64,000 bases of DNA, from positions 181,366-245,365 of the forward strand of contig CAWIOF010000003.1 of assembly GCA_963837715.1 (NCBI GenBank), written 5' to 3'. Shown in pieces: positions 46,962 through 56,529 of this stretch. Under the pieces are notes generated by a model. That model was given only the letters and a program-made list of their open reading frames with translations, was not told the origin of the DNA and made no database searches. A program made the translations under genes and the position numbers. This stretch comes from an uncultured Actinomycetes bacterium (GTDB taxonomy: Bacteria; Actinomycetota; Acidimicrobiia; IMCC26256; JANYLB01). Numbering within the stretch: the first letter of the stretch is position 1; the number at the start of each line of letters is the position of its first letter.

Positions 46962-48763
46962 GGTCTCGCCGGTTCGGGGTCGACCCGGCACACCGTGAAG
47001 GTGCCGTAGTACGGCACGATCGCGATGCCCTGGGGACGCTCGATGTTCACCCACACCGGCCGACCTCCGAGGAGGTCCTGTCGGATCACCAGGCCCTGGC
47101 TGTCGCCGTTCGGGGTGGTGGCCCAGATCAGCATCGACGTCGTGACCGGGGCTGTGACCTGCACCGAGCTCGGCTCCGAGGCCCGGAGGACGACCCGGCC
47201 GGTGGGCGAGGGCGGGACCACGGTGCATCCGGCCGACACGGGCGCGGTGGTGGATCCCGACCCGACGTCGGGCGCATCGGCGCCGACGGGAACGGAGGGC
47301 CGACGGGTGATGGAGAGGTAGGGGTACACGTCGACGTCGGGAAAGGCCTTCGCATCGCCCCGCCCCGCGGGGAACCAGCCCGACCTGATCAACGAACGGA
47401 GCTTGGCGACGGTGAGGTCGGGATTGGGCTGGATCTGGGGGACGACGATCCCGGGCGCGTCGGGGTCGGCCCGGATCGCCGTCGCGACGGTGAGGAGCTC
47501 GTTCCGGAGGTTCTGGTCGACGGCGCCCTCCGCGAGTGCGGTGCGTCGGGTGTCGCGTGCGTTGACGAGCACGAGCGACACGAGCACCACCGCGATCGCG
47601 ACGTGCACGATGAACCGGCGTGTCCAGATCAGACTCACGGCGATCGCCACCACCGGCAGCATCAGCGCGCCGGCGACGTAGAGGTACCGGGAAGCGTCCG
47701 GTCCGAACTCGGCGCGGCCCAGTGCGGTCACGGCGAAGAAGACGAATGCACTCGATGCAGACGCGACGGCGATCAACGCCGGCCCGCGCCACGCGCGGAC
47801 CCAGACGACGGCCGCCATCACGACGACACACGCGAGGAGCACGCCCGATGCCACGCCATGGAGGCGAGTCGGGTCGCCCACGGTGAAGCGCAGACCCCGC
47901 AGGACGAACTCGGGAGCAGCGCGCAAGAGGCTTCCCGTGATGCGGACCCGGCCGTCGCCCTCGGAGATGGTGTCGCGACCGACGGCCAGGTACCAGGCCG
48001 CGAACACGAGCCCCGATGGCGCGAACACCGCCAGCCCGACCCGCCAGCCGCGTCGGATCGCGAGCAGCATCGCCGCAACTGCGATCAGGGGGACGCTCAC
48101 CGCGGAGAAGGTGAGGCTCACGATCGCGACGGTCGCGGTGGCGACGCCGCGCCGGAGGCCGAGCGGCTGCTCGTGATCCGCGAGGAGGAGCAGACCGAGG
48201 CCGAACGCGACTGATCCGTTCAAAGTGATCTGGAAGGCGTGGAAGGCCTCGGGCGCGGTGGGGGACGCGACGAGCAGCAGCGCGGCGAGGCCGGTCGCGA
48301 CCCAGCGCGCCGAACCCGCCCGGACCGCCACCCGCCAGGCGAGGTGAACGACCGTGAGGTGGACCAGCACACTCGCGGCGAGGAACGGCAGGTAGCTCTG
48401 GAGGCCGAAGACGTTCAGCAGCGCCCGGTACATCAGGATCGGACCCGTCACCCAGTGCTGCATGTGCGGGGCGAACAGCCCCACGTCGGCATCGAGGATC
48501 CCGCGCTTGGCGATGAACGCCCACTCGTCGGCGACGAACCAGTGGTCGCGACCGAGCCAGAGCAGCCAGGCGCCCCCGACCGCGAGCGTCAGCAGGTGGG
48601 CGATCGTGGCGGGATCGGTGAACCGGAGGCGTGGACTCGGCCGCGCGCCACCCGATTCGGGCTCGGACGGGACCGGCGCGGACCTCGGAGCGGGCGGGTC
48701 GACGACCGTCGGACCCGGCGCCTCGATCAGATCAGTCCCTTGTCGATCGCGTCGACGACCCAC
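46958..48763 (-). CDS. Large polytopic membrane protein, candidate GT-C glycosyltransferase with a C-terminal extracytoplasmic domain
   Basis: About 11-13 TM helices followed by a soluble tail of about 170 aa. It sits directly after a polyprenyl-phosphate GT2. The start is uncertain (it overlaps the upstream gene by 37 nt if ATG 48763 is used). Confidence 0.55.
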   Translation of the reverse strand: MGRRRDRQGTDLIEAPGPTVVDPPAPRSAPVPSEPESGGARPSPRLRFTDPATIAHLLTLAVGGAWLLWLGRDHWFVADEWAFIAKRGILDADVGLFAPHMQHWVTGPILMYRALLNVFGLQSYLPFLAASVLVHLTVVHLAWRVAVRAGSARWVATGLAALLLVASPTAPEAFHAFQITLNGSVAFGLGLLLLADHEQPLGLRRGVATATVAIVSLTFSAVSVPLIAVAAMLLAIRRGWRVGLAVFAPSGLVFAAWYLAVGRDTISEGDGRVRITGSLLRAAPEFVLRGLRFTVGDPTRLHGVASGVLLACVVVMAAVVWVRAWRGPALIAVASASSAFVFFAVTALGRAEFGPDASRYLYVAGALMLPVVAIAVSLIWTRRFIVHVAIAVVLVSLVLVNARDTRRTALAEGAVDQNLRNELLTVATAIRADPDAPGIVVPQIQPNPDLTVAKLRSLIRSGWFPAGRGDAKAFPDVDVYPYLSITRRPSVPVGADAPDVGSGSTTAPVSAGCTVVPPSPTGRVVLRASEPSSVQVTAPVTTSMLIWATTPNGDSQGLVIRQDLLGGRPVWVNIERPQGIAIVPYYGTFTVCRVDPEPARP

Positions 48764-49755
48764 GGCACGACTTCGTCGAGCATCTCGTCGAGCGTGGTCG
48801 TGGCCTCGAAGCCGAGCACGTCGCGCGCCTTCTCGGTGGCCGGGACCCGCTTCTGGACATCGTGCTCGAACGGGTCTTCGCTCTCGTACCGGAACGGCGT
48901 GTCGGCGCCCTTGAGGCGGTGCCAGATGTTCTCGGCGAGCTCGATCACGGTCGTGGACTCGGCTGTCGACAGGTTGAAGTCTTCGTTCAGCGCGGCGGGC
49001 GATTCCATGGCCATCACGATCCCGCGCGCGAGGTCGGCACCGTAGGTGTAGTGGCGGACCTGGTCGCCGGAGCCGAGGAGGCGCAGCGGGTCCTGGCCCT
49101 TCACGACCTTCTGCACGAGGTCGGGGACCACGTGGCTCATGGCCAACTTGACGTTCCCGCTGAGCACCTCGATCTCGCTCTTCGCCCGCATCTCACCGAT
49201 GCCGACGCAGTTGAACGGTCGCACGATCGTGTACGGGAGTCCGTACTGGTCGTGCGCCGCGTGCGCGAAGTACTCCACCGCGAGCTTCTGGAATCCGTAG
49301 GACGAGAGGGGCGGGGGCACCACGCGCTCCTGGCCCTCGTACGACGGCCAGGAGTCGGCCGACTCGAAGACCATCGACGAGCTCATGTAGGTGGTCTTCT
49401 TGAGCCGACCCTCGCGGTGGGCCGCGATGGCGGCGTCGCACGACGACGCGATGATGCGCTCGTTCGTGGCGAGCAGGTCGTACGCGTAGGTGTGGAAGTA
49501 CGAGATCCCGCCGATGAGCGCGGCCCCGGCGATGAAGTGATCACACTCGAGGAGGAGCTCCGTCATCAGTGCGGTGTCCTGCACGTCGGCCTCGACGAGC
49601 CGGTATCCCGGGTGCTCGTCGTACGACTTGGCGATCTTGCCGTACTTGGAGTGGTTGTCGATCCCGATCACCGAGTACCCGCGACCCAACAGCTCCTCGA
49701 CGACGTAGCCACCGATGAATCCGGACGAACCGGTGACGAGGACGGTCTCACTCAT
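48727..49755 (-). CDS. NAD-dependent sugar-nucleotide epimerase/dehydratase (SDR)
   Basis: VLVTGSSGFIGGYV (Rossmann), SSYGFQKLAVE (YxxxK). 342 aa. Confidence 0.85.
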   Translation of the reverse strand: MSETVLVTGSSGFIGGYVVEELLGRGYSVIGIDNHSKYGKIAKSYDEHPGYRLVEADVQDTALMTELLLECDHFIAGAALIGGISYFHTYAYDLLATNERIIASSCDAAIAAHREGRLKKTTYMSSSMVFESADSWPSYEGQERVVPPPLSSYGFQKLAVEYFAHAAHDQYGLPYTIVRPFNCVGIGEMRAKSEIEVLSGNVKLAMSHVVPDLVQKVVKGQDPLRLLGSGDQVRHYTYGADLARGIVMAMESPAALNEDFNLSTAESTTVIELAENIWHRLKGADTPFRYESEDPFEHDVQKRVPATEKARDVLGFEATTTLDEMLDEVVPWVVDAIDKGLI

Positions 49756-49782
49756 GGAATGCTCCCTGCATGGCGCGGTGGC

Positions 49783-50514
49783 TCAGGACTCGTCGCTCGG
49801 CGCGTCGATGATCTTCGGCCCGAAGGCGTATCCGTACCAGTGCAGGTACCTGGGAAGCCACTTGGCGACCTGGAAGTTCGAGGATCCGTAGTCGCGCTGG
49901 AGCCAGATCGTGGGGATCTCGGCGACCGGGAGCCGATGACGCCGGGCCTTGGCCACGAGCTCGATCCCGATCTCGAACCCGGCGTCGGAGTCGATGCCCA
50001 CCCGGCGCACGAAGTCGGCCGAGTAGGCCTTGAAGGAGTTCGTGGCGTCGCGGGTGCCGACGCCGGCGAAGAGGTACAGCGAGAGTCCCGCGAGTCGCGA
50101 CATCCAGCCCTTGAGGAACGGACCACCGATCTGCTTGCCGCCGGCCATGTACCGGGAGGCCGCCGCGAGCACGACGCCCCGCTCCACCAGCTTGCACAGC
50201 ACGTCGATCTGCTCGGCGTCGTCGCTGCCGTCGGCCATGGTGACCACCACGACCGGTGCGGTGGCGTGGTCGATGCCGAAGCGGATGGCGCGGGCCGGGC
50301 CGCGACCGTAGGTGTTGTGCACTCCGACGACACGGGGGTCGGAGCGGTGGTACTTCTCGATGTAGGCGACGGTCGGATCGTCGGGATCGTCGTAGACGAC
50401 ACCGATCTCGCACGGGAGCGTGACTCCCTGCAGGATCCGGTCGAGGCAGCCGACGATCGACTCGCCTTCGTTGTAGACGGGAACGACGATGGAGACCCTC
50501 GGCTCTTCGGGCAT
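49783..50514 (-). CDS. GT2 polyprenyl-phosphate sugar synthase (DPM1/ArnC/PpgS/GtrB-like)
   Basis: VSIVVPVYNEGESI, VVVTMADGSDD (DxD-like), NSFKAY. 243 aa, soluble catalytic core. Confidence 0.75.
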   Translation of the reverse strand: MPEEPRVSIVVPVYNEGESIVGCLDRILQGVTLPCEIGVVYDDPDDPTVAYIEKYHRSDPRVVGVHNTYGRGPARAIRFGIDHATAPVVVVTMADGSDDAEQIDVLCKLVERGVVLAAASRYMAGGKQIGGPFLKGWMSRLAGLSLYLFAGVGTRDATNSFKAYSADFVRRVGIDSDAGFEIGIELVAKARRHRLPVAEIPTIWLQRDYGSSNFQVAKWLPRYLHWYGYAFGPKIIDAPSDES

Positions 50515-50516
50515 CG

Positions 50517-51707
50517 CTAGATCCTCACCCCACCCTGGCGGAGATTCCAGATGTCGATGATCGGCACCGTGGCCTGCACGTCGCGGTACACGGCGTGTGG
50601 CGCGGCGATGATGAGGAGGTCGGATTCCTCCAGGACGGTCTCGAGCGGATCGAGCTCGGTGTCGACGGTCACGAAGGGATCGTGGGTGAGGACGCGTTCG
50701 GCCTTGAACCGCAGGATCCGCTTCAACTTGTACGCCAGGCTCGACCGGATGTCGTCGGACTCACCCTTGAAGGCCATGCCGAGGATGCCGACCGTGGCCG
50801 TCGACAGGTCGTGGTGCTGTTCGAGCTTCGCGACCATGTAGAGCGGCAAGCCCTCGTTGACCATCATGCTGGCCTGGCCGAGCGGGAAGTTGTTGTTGTT
50901 GAACGCGGCGAGCTGCATCGTGTCCTTGAAGAGACACGGCCCCGCGGTGAAGCCGGCGCCCGGGAGCTCGGCGGCGCGCGGGTAGTTGTGCGACAGGGCC
51001 TGGCGGATCTTCTCGTAGTCGAGTCCGAAGTCGTTCGCCATCATGTAGAGCTGGTTCGCGGTGGCGAATCGGATGTAGCGCCAGACGTTCGTGAACAGCT
51101 TCGCGAGCTCGGCTTCCTCGGGCTCGAGGATCACGATCTCGGCCGTGAGGTTGCGGAAGAGCTTCGACGCGCGGTCGAGGGCCCGGTCGGACCGCGACGC
51201 GACGATCTGGGGCAGCTCGTAGAGCTCGACGAGCGCCTTGCCCTCGGCGATCCGTTCGGGGCAGAAGGCGACGTCGACATCGACACCGAGCCGGTCGACG
51301 AGGCGCTCGATCAGCGCGGTCACCCCGGGATAGACGGTGCTCCGCAGGACCAGCAGCTGTCCGTCGACGAAGTTCGAGGCGATCGACTCCAGGGCCTTCT
51401 GGACGTTGCTCAGGTCGGGATTGAGATGCTCGTCGACCTGGGTCCCGATCACGACGACGACGTTCTCGGCGGTCGAGATGACCGTCTGATCGGTCGTGGC
51501 CCGGAACCGGCCCGACTCGAGGACCCGCTCCAGCACCTCGGGGGCCCCGGGCTCGAGGAAGGGCATGCGACCGGCGTTGACGGTCTCGACCGCCGAAGCG
51601 TCGAGGTCGTACGAACGGACCTCGAGTCCCCGCTCGGCCAGTGCGAGTGCGAGCGGCAACCCGACGTGCCCGCAGCCACCGACGATCACAACATCGAGAG
51701 ACGCCAT
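50517..51707 (-). CDS. Nucleotide-sugar 6-dehydrogenase (UDP-glucose/GDP-mannose dehydrogenase family)
   Basis: VVIVGGCGHVGLPLALALA, FCPERIAEG, GFTAGPCLFKDT (catalytic Cys), ILGMAFKGESDDIR. Confidence 0.85.
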   Translation of the reverse strand: MASLDVVIVGGCGHVGLPLALALAERGLEVRSYDLDASAVETVNAGRMPFLEPGAPEVLERVLESGRFRATTDQTVISTAENVVVVIGTQVDEHLNPDLSNVQKALESIASNFVDGQLLVLRSTVYPGVTALIERLVDRLGVDVDVAFCPERIAEGKALVELYELPQIVASRSDRALDRASKLFRNLTAEIVILEPEEAELAKLFTNVWRYIRFATANQLYMMANDFGLDYEKIRQALSHNYPRAAELPGAGFTAGPCLFKDTMQLAAFNNNNFPLGQASMMVNEGLPLYMVAKLEQHHDLSTATVGILGMAFKGESDDIRSSLAYKLKRILRFKAERVLTHDPFVTVDTELDPLETVLEESDLLIIAAPHAVYRDVQATVPIIDIWNLRQGGVRI

Positions 51708-51857
51708 TCCCGCTCCTCCAGGCGACCCGGGCTCATGGGACGGGCAAGTGTCCAGGATCGTTGCGAACTATACGTGCGAGCAGGTCCCGTAGGTGCGATC
51801 GTATCGGCCTGCGAGCGCACGCGTCCGTTCGTGATCACGAGCCACAGGAGCCCCACG

Positions 51858-52529
51858 ATGACCACGAACCACGTCTCCGGCATCGACTACGACCGCCTCT
51901 ACCGCTTCCGGTTCCGGGGGGTCGACCAAGGATCTCGCCAGGCCGCGTGGAACGAGATCGCCCCGTTCATCCACGACGCGATGGGCTCGCCGCGACGCGT
52001 GCTCGACCCGGCCGCGGGACGGCGGGAGTTCATCTCCGCGATCACGGCAGAGGAGCGGTGGGTCGTCGACGCGGTCGACTACGAGGAGGCCGCGCACGAC
52101 GCGAGCGTGAAGGTCTTGATCGGCAGTGCTCTCGACGTCGACCTCCCCGACGGGTACTTCGACGGCGTCTTCGTCTCGAACCTCCTCGAGCACTTCTCCA
52201 CCCAGAACGAGATCGCCGACTTCCTCCGGCGCATGCGCGCGGTGATGGAACCCGAGGGGTGCATCGCAGTGCTCGGGCCGAACTTCAAGTACTGCTCCCG
52301 GGAGTACTTCGACTGCGCCGATCACACGCTGGCGCTCACGCACGTCTCGGTCGAGGAACATCTCTACGCGGCGGGGTTCACGGTGCGTCGGGTCGTTCCC
52401 CGCTTCCTCCCATACTCGTTCCGCAGCTCCCTCCCGGCTGCTCCCGGCCTCATCCGGACCTACCTCCGGAATCCGGTGGCATGGCGGCTCCTCGGCAAGC
52501 AGTTCCTCCTGCTCGCGACGAACGACTGA
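51858..52529 (+). CDS. Class I SAM-dependent methyltransferase
   Basis: VLDPAAGRREF, GVFVSNLLEHF, MEPEGCIAVLGPN. CAGGAG lies upstream of ATG 51858. Confidence 0.7.
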   Translation: MTTNHVSGIDYDRLYRFRFRGVDQGSRQAAWNEIAPFIHDAMGSPRRVLDPAAGRREFISAITAEERWVVDAVDYEEAAHDASVKVLIGSALDVDLPDGYFDGVFVSNLLEHFSTQNEIADFLRRMRAVMEPEGCIAVLGPNFKYCSREYFDCADHTLALTHVSVEEHLYAAGFTVRRVVPRFLPYSFRSSLPAAPGLIRTYLRNPVAWRLLGKQFLLLATND

Positions 52530-52534
52530 CGCCG

Positions 52535-53044
52535 GTGCGGCTGCACTACTGCGCGCGCTGTGGGGCGGCGATCGACCTGATCGCGCCCGGCGTCTGCCTG
52601 GGTTGCGGGGCGGAGTTCTGGGCGAACCCGAAGCCGTGCGCCGGGGCGCTCGTCGTCCGGGACGGCCGGGTGTTGCTCGTGCGGCGGGCGTACGACCCGT
52701 GGGGCGGGCGTTGGGACATTCCCGGAGGGTTCTGCGACGGCGCGGAGCACCCGGAAGCCACCGCCGAGCGCGAGCTCCGGGAGGAAACCGGACTCGACAT
52801 CGCCGTCGGCCCCCTCTTCGGGATGTGGCTCGACACCTACGGTGAGCAGGAACCTCCCGAGGTGACGCTGAACCTGTACTTCCTGGCGTCGCTGGTCCGG
52901 TCGCACGACGAACCCCGGGCGAGCGACGAGGTGACCGAGACCGGGTGGTTCGCGCCAGCCGACCTCCCCGCCGACCTCGCGTTCCCGGAGCACGCCGGAG
53001 CGGTGCTCGCGGCCTGGAGCGTGTCGGTGGGGTCGGGCTCGTGA
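52535..53044 (+). CDS. NUDIX hydrolase with an N-terminal zinc ribbon
   Basis: CARCG..CLGCG zinc ribbon. GGFCDGAEHPEATAERELREETGL matches the NUDIX box GX5EX7REUXEEXGU. The start is uncertain (GTG 52535). Confidence 0.75.
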   Translation: MRLHYCARCGAAIDLIAPGVCLGCGAEFWANPKPCAGALVVRDGRVLLVRRAYDPWGGRWDIPGGFCDGAEHPEATAERELREETGLDIAVGPLFGMWLDTYGEQEPPEVTLNLYFLASLVRSHDEPRASDEVTETGWFAPADLPADLAFPEHAGAVLAAWSVSVGSGS

Positions 53045-54363
53045 CCGCGCGCCTGGCCGCGCCGGAGGTCGATCGCGCGGAGTTCATCCCGCACCGGCCG
53101 CCGGCGGCGAGGGTGGGACGCTTCGCGCTCTGGGGGCTCCTCTTCGTCGTCGTGACCGGCGCCCAGTTGCTCCGGCAGTCGGGCTTGTCGCCCTGGGAGA
53201 CGATCTGGGCCGAGGACGGAGGGATCTTCTACACGGGAACTCCCGACATCACCCACCTGTTCGACGGCTACGCCGGGTACCTCGAGATCGTGCCGCGCGT
53301 CCTCGGTCTCGGCGCCCAGGTCGTTCCCGTCCATCATCTCGACGCGTACTTCGCGCTTGCCGGCGCGGTGGTCACGACGCTGTGCGCGGGTGCCGTCTGG
53401 TACTTCTCGTCGGAGTACGTGCCGGTGGCGATCCTGCGCACCGCGCTGGCGCTCAGCGTCGTGCTGCTCCCCGCGCTCCTGCTCGAGCAACTCGGCAACG
53501 GAGTGAACTCCATCTGGGCGCTCACGTTCGCCGCGTGGTGGGCGATCCTCTACCGGCCGTCGCGCACTCGTGATGCCGTGCTCCCCGCGATCGTCGTGAT
53601 GCTCGCGGTGATGTCGCAGGCCATCGTGCTGGCGTACGCGCCGGTCGTCGCGTACCTCGCGTGGCGCCGCCGGGATCGTCCGACCTTCCTGGTCGGGGGG
53701 TTGTTCCTCGTCGGGTCGCTCGCGCAACTCGCGGTCGTTGCGGGTGCCGAGGCCGGCACGCAGGTCGGGCCCAACTCGCTGGGTGACCTTCCCCAGCTGT
53801 ACGCCGTCCGGGTGCTCGGTTCGGCGCTGGTCGGCGAGAACGCCGTCGGTGACCTCTGGGACACCTGGGGCGTCTGGTTCGCCGTGCTGGCCACGGTCGT
53901 GGTCGTCGGCGTCGTGATCGTCCTAGCGCAGTGGGCAGCTCGCGAACGTCGCGCCGTCGGCCTGCTCTGCCTCGGCTACGCGCTCGGGTTGTGGGTGCTG
54001 TGCGTGTGGGGCCGGGGCTCGTTGCTTCTCCGGATCGCCGATACCGGCTACTCGTCGATCGGGACCCGTTGGAGCTCGCTGTCGATCTGGTTCCTGCTCT
54101 CCGGTCTGTTCGTGCTCGCCGCGACCGTGCGGGTACGGAGCCTCCGGAACCTGGCGGTCACGGTGCTCGTGCTCCAGTTCGCCGTGGTCGCCTTCTGCGG
54201 GTTCCGCGGAACGAACGCCCGGTCCGAGCCGCCGACGTGGGACGACTCCATCCGAGCGGTGCAGGGGGTGTGCGCGACCGGAGCACAGGATCGCGTTCCG
54301 GCGTTCGTCTCACCGCCTGATCCGCGTTTCTCGGTGGTGATCACCTGCGACGAGGTGCGGTAG
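53041..54363 (+). CDS. Polytopic membrane protein, unknown function (possible GT-C/polymerase-like)
   Basis: GTGA overlap with the NUDIX stop. About 11 TM helices. The N-terminal loop reads SPWETIWAEDGGIFY. No family recognised. Confidence 0.5.
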   Translation: MTARLAAPEVDRAEFIPHRPPAARVGRFALWGLLFVVVTGAQLLRQSGLSPWETIWAEDGGIFYTGTPDITHLFDGYAGYLEIVPRVLGLGAQVVPVHHLDAYFALAGAVVTTLCAGAVWYFSSEYVPVAILRTALALSVVLLPALLLEQLGNGVNSIWALTFAAWWAILYRPSRTRDAVLPAIVVMLAVMSQAIVLAYAPVVAYLAWRRRDRPTFLVGGLFLVGSLAQLAVVAGAEAGTQVGPNSLGDLPQLYAVRVLGSALVGENAVGDLWDTWGVWFAVLATVVVVGVVIVLAQWAARERRAVGLLCLGYALGLWVLCVWGRGSLLLRIADTGYSSIGTRWSSLSIWFLLSGLFVLAATVRVRSLRNLAVTVLVLQFAVVAFCGFRGTNARSEPPTWDDSIRAVQGVCATGAQDRVPAFVSPPDPRFSVVITCDEVR

Positions 54364-54404
54364 CGGTCCTGCACCGGAAGCGCCGAGGAACGTAGCCTCA
54401 CGGC

Positions 54405-56529
54405 GTGCAACCCGAGCGCATCGAACGTGCAAAGGACGTCGATGTCGTCCGCATCGGACTCGTGGTCGTCGCGCTCCTGACGCTCCTCCACGTCGGCGCC
54501 GGGCTCGTTGCTCCGGCACGGATTCACTTCGTTGCCACCGACACCGTCGCCCTGACGACTTCGGTCGGCTGGGCCGCGCGGCTCGTGCTGGCAAGTGCGG
54601 CCGCGCTCGCACTTGTGGTCGGGCCGGGGCTCACCCTCCGTCCCCGAGTGCGCTCGCACCCCCTCCTGGGCAACGCGGCGTTTCTCTGGGTTCCCGGAGC
54701 ACTCGCGCTCGCTACCACGGGTTTGGCCGCCTGGCTCCTGGAGCCACTGGTGAGTCCGCGAGCAGTCAGCGCCATGGTGCTCACGGTGGTGTCGGTTTGG
54801 ATCCTCTGGTCCGTTCGGATCCGCGATCGGGGACCCACGATTGATTCCGGCGAGAAGCTGGCGCTCGTGCTGCTGCTCCTGCTCTTGGCCATCGGAGTCG
54901 GTCGTGCCGCGTGGTCGCCTGGTCCGGAAGGGGAGCTCTACGGAGGATCGATTTCCCGCACGCTCGAGGTCGGACCGCGGTCGGACTCACGCATCTCCTA
55001 CAACGCAGTCCAACTGGTGGCGAACGGCGACTCCCCCTATGGCGTGATCGGAGCGGCCTACTACGCGCCGTACAACTTCTTCGCGCGGGCCGATCGCGGG
55101 CCTGGCAGCTGCGCCCGTCGTCCTGGGAGGCCAGGCCACTCCTCCACGGGCGATGCCGCCCGACCAGGCGTGGGAACCCTTCGACGCGCAGGGCTTCGCG
55201 ACCTACCGGATCGTGATGATGCTGCTCAACGCGACCGTTGTTCTCGGTGCGTACGGGCTCCTCACGATCTGTCTTGATCGACGACGCGCCGTTGCCGGCG
55301 CTGCCCTCGTCGCATTGTGTCCGTTCGTCGTCCACGAGGTGTACTTCACGTGGCCGAAGTTGCTTGCAGCATCCTTCGTGCTGAGCGCGTCGGTGGCGGT
55401 GCTCCGGCGTCAGCCGTTCGTCGGCGGATTGCTCATCGGCATGGGTTACCTCGCACATCCGAGTGCCCTGTTCGCCGTGCCCGCGCTCGTCCTCGGCTGT
55501 CTTGTTCTGCTCCGGCGTGAGCGTCGGGTCGGAAATGGCGAATCGTCGGTCGGGTGGGTGATGCGAGCCTGGACGAAGGACGCGGTTCTGCTCGGAATCG
55601 GTGTGGTCGTCTTCTACGTCGGCTGGTCCCTCGTCAACACGGGTCACACCACCGACTATTTCACCGACTACCTCACGTCTGCGGGCGGTCGGACCTCGCC
55701 GACACTCGGCCAGTGGTTCGACTCGCGCCTGCACTCGCTCGCCAACACGTTCGTTCCACTCCGCCTGTACCTCGTGGATTCAACTGACCCATTCATCAAC
55801 GCCATCGGCCCGGACCCGTCACCTGGCATCGTCCAGTTCTCGTTCCTGTCGAGGGCAACGCTTCCGTTCGCAGTGGGGATCGCATACTTCCCGGTGTTCA
55901 TCTACGGCATCGCGAGGTTCGCCCGGAGTGCGACTGCCTTGTTCCTGGCAGTCATCGCCGTTCCGTTCGTCGCATTCACCGTGTACTGGGGAGCGAACAC
56001 CACGGGAATGGTTCGGGAGGGGCTCCATGCGATCCTGGTGATCGCAGTCCTCGGCGCGTTTCTCGGCCACAGCGTCGGGCCGCATTCCTCCCGGTCGCGG
56101 ACGATCGTCCGTCTCGCTGCTGCGAGTCGGGCTGTCGAGATCCTCTTCATGGTCGGCGCCGACACGGTGTTCACCACCGGCATCTTCAGTCGAGATCTCT
56201 TCGTCGCGACTGATGTAGTGGCACTGGTGGTCGTGGTCGGGGCGATTCTCGGGCTCGGCTTGGTGAGCTGGTACGCGTTCGGATCGCCGACTGACGTGCA
56301 GTCAGCGCGTTGCGCACCCGATCTGGCGATGAGTGGCTCCGTACGGATTGATCGCGTAGGCGCAGACAGTTCCATTCGGATCGGGGATCGTCACGTCGAA
56401 GCCGTGGTTCGGGCCGAAAGCGGGGAACGCGGCGCCGATGTCGGCCCGGGCGCTGCCGGCGACGACGTGGGCCCGCCCGACACCGTTCCGGTAGACGTCG
56501 ACGAAGATCGGCTGCGTCGTCGCAGGTGA
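54405..56529 (+). pseudogene. Polytopic membrane protein, apparent 1-nt frameshift near 55080-55092
   Basis: Frame 0 is credible to ..AAYYAPYNFFAR. Frame +1 continues GPIAGLAAAPVVLGG..EPFDAQGFATYRIVMMLLN.. with many TM helices. The junction is TTCGCGCGGGCC. The last 228 nt overlap the convergent GH25 gene, so the true 3' end is uncertain. Confidence 0.6.
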
